From contig JAAYAL010000016.1 in the NCBI GenBank assembly GCA_012719395.1, positions 85,026 through 149,025 of the forward strand: 64,000 nt of DNA, in the 5' to 3' direction. A program made the position numbers and the translations under genes. Position 1 is the stretch's first letter, and each line of letters starts with the position of its first letter. The notes below the pieces were generated by a model. It made no database searches. It had not been told where the DNA came from and saw nothing but the letters and a program-made list of their open reading frames with translations. Of this stretch, positions 36,134 to 46,075 are shown piece by piece. Source of the DNA: Gaiellales bacterium. GTDB taxonomy: Bacteria > Actinomycetota > Thermoleophilia > RBG-16-64-13.

Positions 36134-36439
36134 GCATCCTCCCTTTCCGGTTCTGTAGCCATGCTCACATACTCTCCACTGCGACCACAACCGCCATGTG
36201 GCGTGAGTACCCAAGGCCCGCTGGCGTTTCACTGCTAGTCTTCCCCGATATTCGCGTTTGAGTCAACAATGTTCTGTCTGCGCGCAATGGCGGTTGTCTG
36301 AAGCGAGCAGCTTCCCGCAGCCTGACATACTCATCGGCAGCAAGGGATTGGACTTTAGACCCGCTGTGGCGTGTCAATGGGAGGAGACCTTCAACCCGAA
36401 GCAGTCGCCGGCACCGGGTGCGAGAGAGTCGGCGCCCTC

Positions 36440-36910
36440 TCAGCGGGGCCCAGCGGACCGAGGAGGGGAGGCCGGCGGGATCCGCAACCCCGTGCTGCCG
36501 AAGCCGCCCCTGCCGCGCACGGATGCCGGCAGCGAGGCGTGGGCACTGAAGGTGGGGGTGGCCACGGCCTGGATGAGGAGTTGCGCGATGCGGTCGCCCG
36601 GCTCGATGGTGAAGGCTTCAGCACCGGAGTTGAAGAGGCAGACCCGCACCTCACCGCGATAGCCGGCGTCGATGAGCCCCGGCGAGTTCACCACCATCAG
36701 CCCCTGCCGGAAGGCCAGTCCCGAGCGGGGCAATACCAGGCCGGCGTAGCCCTCGGGGATGGCCAAGGCGATGCCGGTGCCCACGTCGCGGCGTTCCCCG
36801 GCGGGGATGGTGACTGCTTCCACCGCGAAGAGGTCCGCGCCGGCATCGTCGGGATGGGCGCGCAGAGGAAGGCGGGCGGCGGAGTGCAGCAACTGAACCA
36901 GGAGGTTCAC
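36440..36910 (-). CDS. dut: dUTP diphosphatase
   Basis: The 156 aa product has the trimeric dUTPase motifs AGADLFA, RSGL and GLIDAGYRGE. Confidence 0.8.
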   Translation of the reverse strand: MNLLVQLLHSAARLPLRAHPDDAGADLFAVEAVTIPAGERRDVGTGIALAIPEGYAGLVLPRSGLAFRQGLMVVNSPGLIDAGYRGEVRVCLFNSGAEAFTIEPGDRIAQLLIQAVATPTFSAHASLPASVRGRGGFGSTGLRIPPASPPRSAGPR

Positions 36911-36991
36911 GCCGGCGCCGCTCCCCTATCCATCCCTCTCACGCGTGGCCGCCCGAGCACAGGTCCGGCTCTGAGAACCGCACGCGCCCGG

Positions 36992-38161
36992 CTACAGCTT
37001 GAGAGACTTCTCAATGCGCGCCACCGCCTCCTCTATCCGCTCATCCGGCGCGGTGAGGGAGATGCGCACGAAGCCTTCTCCGTAGGTGCCGTAACCGTTA
37101 CCCGGCGTCACCACCACGGCGGCCTCGTCCAGTACTTTCTCCGCGAAGGATGCAGAGGTATAGCCCTCCGGCACTGGCACCCACATGTAGATGGTGGCCT
37201 GGGGCTGGGGAGCGTGGAGTCCGATGGCGCTGAGGGCGTGCAGCACCAGGTCGCGGCGACGGGCGTAGACGGCCATCATCTCGTCCACGAAATCCCAGGA
37301 GCCGTTGAGGATGAAGGCCGCCGTGCGCTGCAGAGCCTCGAACATGCCGGAGTCCATGTTGGTCTTGAGCTTCCACAGCGCGGCCAGTATGTCCTTGTTG
37401 CCCACGGCAAAGCCTATGCGCCACCCGGTCATGTTGAAGGGCTTGGAGAAGCTGAACAACTCGACACCTGCTTCCTTGGCCCCAGGGGATTGCAGGAAGC
37501 TGGGGGCCACGTAGCCGTCGAAGGTGAGCTCCGAATAGGCGTTATCACTCACCACGGCCAGGCCGTTGTCGCGGCCGAAGGCTGCCACCCGCTCGTAGAA
37601 ATCGCTGCCCTCCGGCACCACGGCCGCCGTAGGGTTGTTGGGATAGGAGACAAACATCAGCTTGGCCTTGCGGCGATCCTCCGCCGAGATGGCGTCCAGA
37701 TCCGGTAGGAAGTCGTTCTCCGCCTTCAGCGGCATGATGAGCGGCGTGGCGCCTGAGATGATGGTGCCGGCGTAGTACACGGGGTAGCCGGGATCCGGGA
37801 CCAGGACCACATCGCCGGGATCGGCTGTGGCCAGGATGACGTGAGCCAAGCCCTCTTTGCAGCCCAGCAGCGGGAAGAACTCGGTGGCGGGGTCGATATC
37901 AACGCCGAAGCGCCTCTTGTAGAAGGCCGCGGCCGCCTCCGCGAACACCTCCAGCCCAGCGTTGGTGGGATAACGATGATTGCGCGCATCCGCTACCTGC
38001 CGCTTCATCTCTTCCACAATGTAGTCCGGAGTAGCGATGTCCGGGTCACCCATGCCCAGGCTGATGACATCGATCCCGGCCTTCCTTTTCTCCTGGATCT
38101 TCTTCTCTATCGTTGCGAAGAGATACGGGGCCAGACCGTCCATGCGCTTGGAAAACTGCAT
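36992..38161 (-). CDS. dapL: class I/II aminotransferase, probable LL-diaminopimelate aminotransferase (DapL)
   Basis: The start was set at MQFSKRMDGLAPYLFATIE...ISLGMGDP, a DapL-like N-terminus. A PLP-lysine region (SFSKPFNMTGWRIG) is present and the gene lies immediately upstream of dapF. Confidence 0.65.
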   Translation of the reverse strand: MQFSKRMDGLAPYLFATIEKKIQEKRKAGIDVISLGMGDPDIATPDYIVEEMKRQVADARNHRYPTNAGLEVFAEAAAAFYKRRFGVDIDPATEFFPLLGCKEGLAHVILATADPGDVVLVPDPGYPVYYAGTIISGATPLIMPLKAENDFLPDLDAISAEDRRKAKLMFVSYPNNPTAAVVPEGSDFYERVAAFGRDNGLAVVSDNAYSELTFDGYVAPSFLQSPGAKEAGVELFSFSKPFNMTGWRIGFAVGNKDILAALWKLKTNMDSGMFEALQRTAAFILNGSWDFVDEMMAVYARRRDLVLHALSAIGLHAPQPQATIYMWVPVPEGYTSASFAEKVLDEAAVVVTPGNGYGTYGEGFVRISLTAPDERIEEAVARIEKSLKL

Positions 38162-38172
38162 CGCCACTCCCT

Positions 38173-39078
38173 TCAATCCTCAACGGCCCGCCAGCCGAGC
38201 TGCTCCAGCAGCTCGTTGCCCAACCGTCCTTCGAATACCTGAGAAGCCGGCCCGGTCATGACCACCTGCCACTCCTCGCCCACCTCTATCTCCAGATCAC
38301 CGCCCAGCAGGTGCACGGTCACCGGGCTGCGCGCCAGGCCAAGGCGCACGGCCGCCGCCCCCACCGCCGTGGCTCCGGTGCCACAGGCCTGGGTCTCGCC
38401 TACACCCCTCTCCCACACCCTCATGTCCACCGAGCCGTCCGGCCGCGGTGAGATGAGCTCCACGTTCACCCGTTTGGGGAACAAGGGGTGATGCTCCACC
38501 ACCGGGCCCAGCCGGGCAGGGTCCACTCCCGCCAGTGAGGTCAGGGGAATGACGCAGTGGGGGTTGCCCACGTCCACAAAGGTGAATCTGACCTCCCGTC
38601 CGGCGAAGGAGAAGGGAATGTCCACCATCCCCCCTTCGGCCGACCCCCTGCCGGCAGCCTTCCCCGCTTCCCCGAGGCCAGACGCGTCTATCGCCTCGCT
38701 GGCGAAGCGCGCGCGACCCATGTCCACCCGCACCCTGGCCCCCGGCAACAGGCGGGGCCGGATGGGACCGGCCAGCGTCTCCACCGTGAATTCGTTGCCG
38801 AGCACGTACCCGTGGCGGCTCACGTAGCGGGCGAACTGGCGGATGCCGTTGCCGCACATCTCCGGTTCGCTGCCGTCCGGGTTGAAGATGCGCATGCGCA
38901 CCTGGGCACCGGGAACGGCTCCCGTGGGCGGGCACAACAGCAGGATCCCATCCGAGCCCACCCCCAGGTGGCGGTGGCAGAGGAGGGCGATGGCGTCCCG
39001 ATCCAGCGGGCCGAGCAGATGGTCCTCCTCCAGGATCAGGTAGTCGTTCCCCAGCCCTTCCCATTTCTCGAACTGCAT
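38173..39078 (-). CDS. dapF: diaminopimelate epimerase
   Basis: MQFEKWEGLGNDYLIL... and two active-site Cys motifs (MCGNG, ACGTGA) are present. Confidence 0.8.
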   Translation of the reverse strand: MQFEKWEGLGNDYLILEEDHLLGPLDRDAIALLCHRHLGVGSDGILLLCPPTGAVPGAQVRMRIFNPDGSEPEMCGNGIRQFARYVSRHGYVLGNEFTVETLAGPIRPRLLPGARVRVDMGRARFASEAIDASGLGEAGKAAGRGSAEGGMVDIPFSFAGREVRFTFVDVGNPHCVIPLTSLAGVDPARLGPVVEHHPLFPKRVNVELISPRPDGSVDMRVWERGVGETQACGTGATAVGAAAVRLGLARSPVTVHLLGGDLEIEVGEEWQVVMTGPASQVFEGRLGNELLEQLGWRAVED

Positions 39079-39089
39079 GCCGCCTCCCA

Positions 39090-40052
39090 CTACCGCCCCT
39101 GTTCGAGGGCGCGCGCCACCATGTCAAGGATAGATGCCCCGATCTCCGCCGCCTCGCGGCACGAGGCGTCAATCATAACAACGCCGCTCATCTTCCGCAT
39201 CCAGGTCAGTTGGCGCCGGGCATAGGCTCGAGTGGCCGCCTGCAGGCGCTCCCGGCATTCCTCCAGGGAGATCTCGCCCCCCAGGTAGGCGCTGATCTCG
39301 CGGTAGCCGATGGCCTTGCCCACCCCTCGTTCCAAGCCGACTGTGCCGGCAAGCCGGAGACCGCGCACTTCCTCCACGGCGCCCCCGCGCAGCATCTCCT
39401 CCGTGCGACGGTTGATGCGCTGGTGCAGCTCGGCGCGCTCCATGGTCAGACCCACGACCAGCGTGGGCCACCGGTACTGAGGCCGCCACAGGTCCGTCCT
39501 GCCCGACCACCGCGGCCGGGGCCGTCCTGCGCGCCGTGCCGTCTCCACCACCTCCAGAGCGCGCACCAGGCGCCTCACGTTGTGGGGATGGATGCCGGCG
39601 GCTGCTTCGGCATCGGCGGCGGCCAGTTCGTGATGCAGGGCCTCGGGCCCTTCTTCCTCCGCGCGTTGTTCCAGCCGGCGGCGCAGTTCGGGGTCGGCCT
39701 TGGGCGCCGCCGCCAGGGGAGCCAGGGCCGCCCGCAGATACAAGCCTGTCCCCCCCACCAGCAGGGCCACCCCCGCGGTGCGCAGGTCCGCCTCAATCAA
39801 CGGCTCCACCGCGCTTGCATAGCGAGTGGCGCTCCACTCCTCCTGTGGTTCCGCCACGCCCATCATCTCGTGGCGAACCTGGGCCGGTTCCGAAGCGCTG
39901 GGCTGATTGGTGAGCACGGGAAGCCCCCGATACACCTGCAGGGAGTCGCAGGAGATGACACGCACCCCTAAACGCCGTGCCACCACCTGCCCCACTGCCG
40001 TCTTTCCCACGCCGGTGGGCCCGAAGACGGCAACAACCAGCCGCCGCGTCAC
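39090..40052 (-). CDS. miaA: tRNA dimethylallyltransferase
   Basis: The P-loop GPTGVGKT and the DSLQVYRGL motif are present. The true start is a GTG overlapping the miaB stop (GGTGA). The 530 aa track ORF is an artefactual N-extension running through miaB. Confidence 0.8.
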   Translation of the reverse strand: MTRRLVVAVFGPTGVGKTAVGQVVARRLGVRVISCDSLQVYRGLPVLTNQPSASEPAQVRHEMMGVAEPQEEWSATRYASAVEPLIEADLRTAGVALLVGGTGLYLRAALAPLAAAPKADPELRRRLEQRAEEEGPEALHHELAAADAEAAAGIHPHNVRRLVRALEVVETARRAGRPRPRWSGRTDLWRPQYRWPTLVVGLTMERAELHQRINRRTEEMLRGGAVEEVRGLRLAGTVGLERGVGKAIGYREISAYLGGEISLEECRERLQAATRAYARRQLTWMRKMSGVVMIDASCREAAEIGASILDMVARALEQGR

Positions 40053-41401
40053 CGGCCGTGCGGGACACGACGCCCGGTGAGCCCGGCAGAGGTGGCGCCC
40101 CCGATCTCCACCATGGCCCGTTCGCCGGCTGCCGCCGTTCCCGAGAAGTTCACCAGCTTGAAGCCACGGGTCCTGCCCCAGCCCTGCCCGTTGGCGTTCC
40201 GGCCTTCCACCAGCACCTCCAGGGTGGCTCCCACCAGCCGCCGGTTCTTCTCCGCCGCCTGCCCTTGTACCAGAGCGATGAGCTCGTTGACCCTGCGCTC
40301 GGCAGTCTGGCGATCCACCCGATCCGGCAACACCGCGGCGCGGGTGCCGGGACGAGGCGAATAGATGAAGGTGAACGCGGCGTCGAAATCGCACGCCTCC
40401 ACAAGTGACAGCGTCTCCCGGAACTCGGCTTCGGTCTCTCCGGGGAAGGCCACGATGAGGTCGGTGGTGAGCGTCAGACTCGGCACGGACCGCCGCAACT
40501 CGCCCACCAGGTGCAGGTAGTCCTCGCGCGTGTAGCCACGGCCCATGGCAGCCAGCACCCGGTTGTTGCCGGACTGTACGGGCAGGTGGACGTGCTCGCA
40601 CACGGAGGCATAGCGTCCCAAGGCCTCGATGAGGCGGGGGGACATGTCCTTGGGGTGAGAAGTCATGAAGCGAACCCGGCACAACCCGGCGACGTCATCC
40701 AACGCGCCGAGCAGATCCGGGAACTCCTCGCGGCCGCCAAACCCCGCTTCCTTGCCGTAGGCGTTGACGTTCTGCCCCAGGAGCGTGACCTCGCGCACCC
40801 CGTCCGCCACCAGGGAGCGGACCTCCGCCACGATGTCCTCCGCCGGACGCGAGGACTCCGCTCCCCGCACGTAGGGCACGATGCAGTAGGCGCAGAAGTT
40901 GGTGCAGCCGGTCATGATCTGCACCCAGGCGGTGGGGCCGGGACGGCGTATGCGGGGCAGAGTGGCGCTCCATCCGCCGGTGCCGCCGGCACAGGCTGTT
41001 CCCGGACGCCCGGTGAGCAGGAACTCACGCAGCCGCCGGCCCAGCTCGTCCAGGCTCTGCGGGCCTACCAGCACATCAACCACCGGCTGCTCCGCCAGAA
41101 ACGTATCCCGCCGGCTCTGCGCCAGACACCCCGCCACCACCACGGCGCGCGTGCGCCCGGCCGCCTTCAGCCGCCGGGCCACCCCCAGGTTCCCCAGGAG
41201 GCGGCTGTCCGCCTTCTCCCGCACCGAGCAGGTGTTGTAGATGAGGACGTCGGCATCCTCCGGCCGCTCCACCCTGTGCCAGCCCTCCGCGCTCAGCAGG
41301 CCGTGGATGCGCTCGGAGTCGTGCTCGTTCATCTGGCACCCGAACGTACGCAGATAGAACGTACCTCCAGGGATCAGCCCCTCCAGGCCGGACGTCACCA
41401 T
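40049..41401 (-). CDS. miaB: tRNA-2-methylthio-N6-dimethylallyladenosine synthase
   Basis: A MTTase N-terminal domain with Cys is followed by the radical-SAM CxxxCxxC (CTNFCAYC) and a TRAM domain, 450 aa in total. Confidence 0.85.
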   Translation of the reverse strand: MVTSGLEGLIPGGTFYLRTFGCQMNEHDSERIHGLLSAEGWHRVERPEDADVLIYNTCSVREKADSRLLGNLGVARRLKAAGRTRAVVVAGCLAQSRRDTFLAEQPVVDVLVGPQSLDELGRRLREFLLTGRPGTACAGGTGGWSATLPRIRRPGPTAWVQIMTGCTNFCAYCIVPYVRGAESSRPAEDIVAEVRSLVADGVREVTLLGQNVNAYGKEAGFGGREEFPDLLGALDDVAGLCRVRFMTSHPKDMSPRLIEALGRYASVCEHVHLPVQSGNNRVLAAMGRGYTREDYLHLVGELRRSVPSLTLTTDLIVAFPGETEAEFRETLSLVEACDFDAAFTFIYSPRPGTRAAVLPDRVDRQTAERRVNELIALVQGQAAEKNRRLVGATLEVLVEGRNANGQGWGRTRGFKLVNFSGTAAAGERAMVEIGGATSAGLTGRRVPHGR

Positions 41402-41417
41402 TTCTGGGCCCGTGACG

Positions 41418-42956
41418 CTACTTGGCGTAATCGACCGCGCGGCTCTCGCGGATGACGGTGACGCGGATCTGCCCCGGATAGTCCAGTTCCTGCTCTATGT
41501 CCCGCGCGATCTCCCGGCACAGCAGAGCCGCCATGTCGTCGTCCACCTCTTCCGGCTTGACCATCACCCGGATTTCCCGGCCGGCCTGGATGGCGTAGGA
41601 CTTGTCCACGCCCTTCTTGGCCTCCGCGATGCGCTCCAGGCTCTCCAAGCGTTTGACATACGTCTCCAGCGTCTCCCGCCGGGCCCCGGGACGAGCTCCG
41701 GACACCGCATCGGCCGCCGCCACCAGCACTGCCTCCACGGTCTGCTGTTCCACGTCGTTGTGGTGCGCCTCAACGGCATGGACGACTGCCTCGTTCTCAC
41801 CGTAGCGACGGGCCAGGTTGGCCCCGATCACGGCGTGCGACCCTTCCACCTCGTGATCAACCGCCTTGCCCAGGTCATGCAGAAGACCAGCCCGCTTGGC
41901 CAGCTTGGCATTGGCGCCCAGCTCGTAGGCCATCATGCCGGCCAGGTGAGCCACCTCCAGCGAGTGGGCCAGCACGTTCTGCCCATAGCTGGTGCGGTAC
42001 CGCAGCCGTCCCAGCAGGCGCACCAGTTCCGGCGGAAGCCCGTGGATATCGGCGTCAAAGGTGGCCTGCTCGCCGGCCTCCTTGATCTCCTTGTCCACCT
42101 CTTCCTTCGCCTTGCCGTACATCTCCTCGATCTTGGCCGGGTGGATGCGGCCGTCCACCACCAGCTTGGCCAGCGTGAGGCGGGCTATCTCACGCCGCAC
42201 GGTGTCAAACCCCGACAGCACCACGGCTTCCGGAGTGTCATCGATGATGAAATCGATACCCGTGAGGTTCTCCAGCGTGCGGATGTTGCGGCCTTCGCGG
42301 CCGATGATGCGCCCCTTCATGTCGTCGGAGGGCAGGGCCACCACGGAGACGGTGGTGTCGGCCACGTGCGCGGCCGCCGTGCGCTGGATAGCCATGGAGA
42401 GGACCTCGCGTGAGCGGCGGTCCCCTTCGCGCTTGGCCTCATCCTCCACCTGCCGCACCATCTTGGCCATGTCGTGTCGGATCTCCCCCTCGGCCCTTTT
42501 GAGCAGTATCTCCCGCGCCTCCGGCTCCGTCAGGCCCGACACTTCCTCCAGCAGCCGCTTCTGCTCCGCCCTGTCCGCTTCCGCCTCTTCCAGGAGCCGG
42601 CGATAGTGGGTCTCGCGATCCCCCACCGATTGCTCCCGGCGGGCCACCTCCGCCTGTTTCTCCTCGAGCATCTCCTCCTTCTGCAGGAGACGCTTCTCAG
42701 TCTGGGCCAGCTCTGCCCGCCGCTCCTTCAGATCCGCTTCCGTCTCCGTGCGGAGTTTGTGCAGCTCTTCCTTCACTTCCAACCGAGCTTCACGCTGCAG
42801 CGCCTCAGACTGACGGCGGCCTTCTTCCACCACCTTGGCCGCCTCTTGCTCTGCGGAGCTGATCTTGGCCTCACCAACGACCCTTCTCAGCACATACCCG
42901 GCGGCTAGGCAGACAATCCCTACGATGATGACAACGATTACAGCTGTGCCAGTCAT
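41418..42956 (-). CDS. rny: ribonuclease Y
   Basis: The 512 aa product has an N-terminal transmembrane helix, a coiled coil, a KH domain and an HD domain (HSLEVAHL...HDLGK). Confidence 0.9.
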   Translation of the reverse strand: MTGTAVIVVIIVGIVCLAAGYVLRRVVGEAKISSAEQEAAKVVEEGRRQSEALQREARLEVKEELHKLRTETEADLKERRAELAQTEKRLLQKEEMLEEKQAEVARREQSVGDRETHYRRLLEEAEADRAEQKRLLEEVSGLTEPEAREILLKRAEGEIRHDMAKMVRQVEDEAKREGDRRSREVLSMAIQRTAAAHVADTTVSVVALPSDDMKGRIIGREGRNIRTLENLTGIDFIIDDTPEAVVLSGFDTVRREIARLTLAKLVVDGRIHPAKIEEMYGKAKEEVDKEIKEAGEQATFDADIHGLPPELVRLLGRLRYRTSYGQNVLAHSLEVAHLAGMMAYELGANAKLAKRAGLLHDLGKAVDHEVEGSHAVIGANLARRYGENEAVVHAVEAHHNDVEQQTVEAVLVAAADAVSGARPGARRETLETYVKRLESLERIAEAKKGVDKSYAIQAGREIRVMVKPEEVDDDMAALLCREIARDIEQELDYPGQIRVTVIRESRAVDYAK

Positions 42957-43287
42957 ACACTACTCCAGTCCTGAAGGGCGGAGATCACTACTCACGCGAG
43001 TGACTGGATGGCAGACGACAGCGCCAAAGCCGCCGGCGCAGCGCGCGAATCCGCTGACTGCGTTGTCATGATGCGAGGGAGCGGCTACGCCGCGACCGCC
43101 CCAGAAAGGGGCCGGACTACACGGTCACCAAGGCGCTCCCCATCAAACCAAGCCGATTACTCAGCAGTCCACGTTCGAAAGCATTCGCCAAATCTATCTA
43201 ATACGAGCAGGACCACGGGCCAAGCCGCCGTCAACCGATCGTCACAAGCACTTGGAGTTTACGCTGCCTCGGCAAACAGCGTCAAGA

Positions 43288-43860
43288 TTACGGAGCCTGG
43301 TCCCCATCCTCCACCGTACCGCCCAGCGCCCGCCCCACAAGACGCTGGATGTCCGGCCAGGGGTGTCCGCGCCGGGCCAGAAAGGCAGCCGCCCGGCGGT
43401 GCGCGCCGCAGGGGTCCTGGCGAGCCGCCTCTGCGAACTTCCGTTGCAGCGTGCGCACCAGCGACTCCTCCACCTCTGCCGCCCCATCACCTCTGCCGAC
43501 CCCACCCCCTGCGCCCTCTTCTGCCGGGTGCAGCGCGGCCTCTACGACCGCCGCCGCCACGCCCTTCAGCGCCAGTTCCCGCCGTATGCGCACCGGGCCC
43601 CAGCCCGAGCGACGCTTGCAGGCCGCGTAGTTGGACGCGAAGCGCTGATCATCCAGGAGCTCCAAGCCGCTCAGCCAGACCAGGACCTCCTCCACCACCT
43701 CCGGCTGGAACCCGGCCCCCGCCAGCCGCTGCTGCATCTCGCGCACGGAACGCTCCCGATGCTCCAGTAGCAGCAGAGCCCGGCTGCGCGCCCTCTCCCG
43801 GGTGCGAGATGCTTCTCCACCCGTCAACAGCTGATGGTCTCCCGGGCCACGGTCCCTCAC
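43288..43860 (-). CDS. recX: recombination regulator RecX
   Basis: The 190 aa helical-repeat protein lies immediately downstream of recA, and the ALLLLEHRERSVREMQQRL region is RecX-like. Confidence 0.75.
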   Translation of the reverse strand: MRDRGPGDHQLLTGGEASRTRERARSRALLLLEHRERSVREMQQRLAGAGFQPEVVEEVLVWLSGLELLDDQRFASNYAACKRRSGWGPVRIRRELALKGVAAAVVEAALHPAEEGAGGGVGRGDGAAEVEESLVRTLQRKFAEAARQDPCGAHRRAAAFLARRGHPWPDIQRLVGRALGGTVEDGDQAP

Positions 43861-43878
43861 CTGTGGCTCACGCCCCCT

Positions 43879-44979
43879 TTACGACTCCAAGGCGGGAGGC
43901 ATCGCCTCCTCATCCGCGGCGACCGCCGGCCCTTCACCACCCGGGCCGATCCACCAATCAGGGTGCACCGCCGCCACCACGCCCTCGCGCAAGGCTTCAG
44001 TGAGATCAGGGTTGTCCCGCAGGAACTGCTTCACGTTCTCGCGCCCCTGACCAAGCCGCTGATCCCCGTAGGAGAACCAAGCGCCGCTCTTCTGGACAAT
44101 GCCGTGCTCCACGGCCAGATCCAGCACGTCTCCCTCGTAGGAGATGCCGGTGCCAAACATGATGTCGAACTCAGCCTGGCGGAAAGGCGGCGCCACCTTG
44201 TTCTTCACCACCCGAACCCGTACGTGGCTGCCCACTGCCTGGTCGCCGTCTTTCAAGGTCTCCAGTCGGCGTATGTCCAACCTGACGGAGGCGTAGAACT
44301 TCAGCGCACGCCCGCCCGGGGTCACCTCCGGATTGCCGAACATGATCCCGACCTTCTCCCGCAACTGGTTAATGAAGATGGCCGAGGTCTGGGTCTTGTT
44401 GATGGTGCCTGCCAGCTTGCGTAGCGCCTGGCTCATCAAGCGCGCCTGCAGACCCATATGGGAGTCACCCATATCCCCTTCAATCTCCGCCCGCGGCGTC
44501 AGCGCCGCCACCGAGTCCACCACCACCACGTCCAGAGCTCCGCTGCGGATGAGCAGCTCACAGATCTCCAGAGCCTGCTCGCCATGATCCGGCTGCGAAA
44601 CCAGCAGATCATCCACGTTGACACCGATTCGTCGCGCATACATTGCGTCCATGGCGTGCTCCGCGTCAATGAACGCGGCCTTACCGCCACGCTTCTGCGC
44701 TTCAGCCAGGATATGCAGGGCCAGTGTGGTCTTCCCGCTGGACTCAGGGCCAAAGATCTCCACCACCCTGCCGCGAGGCACGCCACCGACGCCCAAGGCC
44801 AAGTCCAGGCTGAGCGCGCCGGTGGGGATAGCGGGCACTCTGACCGCGGCCGACTCATCACCCATGCGCATGATGGCGCCCTTCCCGAACTGGCGTTCGA
44901 TCTGGACCACGGCCATCTCCAAGGCCTTGTCCTTGTCCACGATATCCTCCTGTGCCTTCCTGGGCGCTCTATCTCTCAT
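43879..44979 (-). CDS. recA: recombinase RecA
   Basis: The N-terminus [20 protein letters not shown], Walker A (GPESSGKTT) and the L1/L2 loops are present over 366 aa. Confidence 0.9.
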   Translation of the reverse strand: MRDRAPRKAQEDIVDKDKALEMAVVQIERQFGKGAIMRMGDESAAVRVPAIPTGALSLDLALGVGGVPRGRVVEIFGPESSGKTTLALHILAEAQKRGGKAAFIDAEHAMDAMYARRIGVNVDDLLVSQPDHGEQALEICELLIRSGALDVVVVDSVAALTPRAEIEGDMGDSHMGLQARLMSQALRKLAGTINKTQTSAIFINQLREKVGIMFGNPEVTPGGRALKFYASVRLDIRRLETLKDGDQAVGSHVRVRVVKNKVAPPFRQAEFDIMFGTGISYEGDVLDLAVEHGIVQKSGAWFSYGDQRLGQGRENVKQFLRDNPDLTEALREGVVAAVHPDWWIGPGGEGPAVAADEEAMPPALES

Positions 44980-45521
44980 GCCATCAACTCCCGGCGGGCC
45001 ACCACCGTGTAGCGGGCTCCGCCCCTCTCGAGGTCACTCCTATAAAGGCAGACCGACAATACCGGGTACTCAAGGTTGCTGCACTCCATCTTTGGTTGGA
45101 CCTGGGTGGGTATCCTCAGACGAGCGATGGTCAGATGCGGGCGGAAGGGCCGTTTCTCCCGCTGCATGACCCCATCCGCTTCCAGCCTGCTCATGACAGC
45201 CTCGAACAGCCGCCCGAACACCCCCTCCCCGTCCTCTATCCCCAGCGCCACCACGCGCGCCCGGGCCGGAGACGGCAACAACAGGTACCCCTTGAGCACC
45301 GCGGCGCCGGCCGGCCTGAACTCCAGCGTCTCCACGGCCGCGCGCGCCGCCGCCTGCTTCTCAGCCCCCGTCTGGCCGATGAAGGCCAAGGTAACGTGCA
45401 GCTGGCCCGGACGCATCAACCTCAGCCCCGGCACGCCCACGAGCCCCTCCTGCGCCGCCTGTACCGCGGGTAGCAACCCATGCGGCAACGGCACCCCCAC
45501 GAACAATCGCACCTGCTCCAC
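44976..45521 (-). CDS. thpR: RNA 2',3'-cyclic phosphodiesterase (2H family, ThpR/LigT)
   Basis: Two H-x-T/S-x motifs (HVTLAF, HLTIAR) are present. The start was set at a GTG with GGAGGG upstream, overlapping the pgsA stop (TAGTG). Confidence 0.75.
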   Translation of the reverse strand: MEQVRLFVGVPLPHGLLPAVQAAQEGLVGVPGLRLMRPGQLHVTLAFIGQTGAEKQAAARAAVETLEFRPAGAAVLKGYLLLPSPARARVVALGIEDGEGVFGRLFEAVMSRLEADGVMQREKRPFRPHLTIARLRIPTQVQPKMECSNLEYPVLSVCLYRSDLERGGARYTVVARRELMA

Positions 45522-46075
45522 TACGACCCTCCGCCCGCCTCGGGAGGCCTCAACCTGTCCCACGCCCTCACGAAGTAGTCCACCCCACTCCCCAGCGTGA
45601 GCAGCACCGCCAGGCCCAGCAGCATGTCACTCACGCGCACCCCGTGCACCACGCAACCCGGCTTAAGGATGAGCACCACGATGGCCAGCATCTGACTGGC
45701 GGTCTTGACCTTGCCCCAGGGGCTGGCAGGGATGATCAGGTTCCTGGCCGCCGCCACCATCCTCAACCCGGTTACCGCAAACTCGCGCGCAAGTATCACC
45801 ATAGCAACCCAGGCGGACAGCTCATCTAGTTCAATGAGCGCCAGCAGCGCCGCACAGATCAGCAGCTTGTCCGCCAGCGGATCCAGAAACACGCCCAAGG
45901 TCGTCACCTGTCGCCGGCGCCGGGCGAACCATCCGTCCAGGGAGTCCGTGGCGGCGGCCAGCACGAACACTGCCACCGCCAGGGCCTTGCCGTAGGGCAC
46001 TGCCCCCAGCAGCAGGATCATGAAGACCGGGATCAGGAGGATACGGAACAGGGTGAGGGAATTCGGAAGATTCAC
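45521..46075 (-). CDS. pgsA: CDP-diacylglycerol--glycerol-3-phosphate 3-phosphatidyltransferase
   Basis: The CDP-alcohol phosphotransferase motif DSLDGWFAR...GVFLDPLADK is present over 184 aa. Confidence 0.85.
   Translation of the reverse strand: MNLPNSLTLFRILLIPVFMILLLGAVPYGKALAVAVFVLAAATDSLDGWFARRRRQVTTLGVFLDPLADKLLICAALLALIELDELSAWVAMVILAREFAVTGLRMVAAARNLIIPASPWGKVKTASQMLAIVVLILKPGCVVHGVRVSDMLLGLAVLLTLGSGVDYFVRAWDRLRPPEAGGGS

Noticed and set aside
36134-36439. Sigma-54 (-24 TGGCAC / -12 TTGCW) promoter upstream of the pilin genes.
   Set aside because: No GG-N10-GC element with the correct spacing was found on the coding strand.
39090-40682. The N-terminal 210 aa of the 530 aa miaA track ORF and the N-terminal 135 aa of the dapB track ORF (53931-54332).
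   Set aside because: The extensions run through the upstream gene (miaB) or intergenic DNA and have non-protein-like composition. Homologous proteins begin at internal GTG codons that have Shine-Dalgarno sequences.
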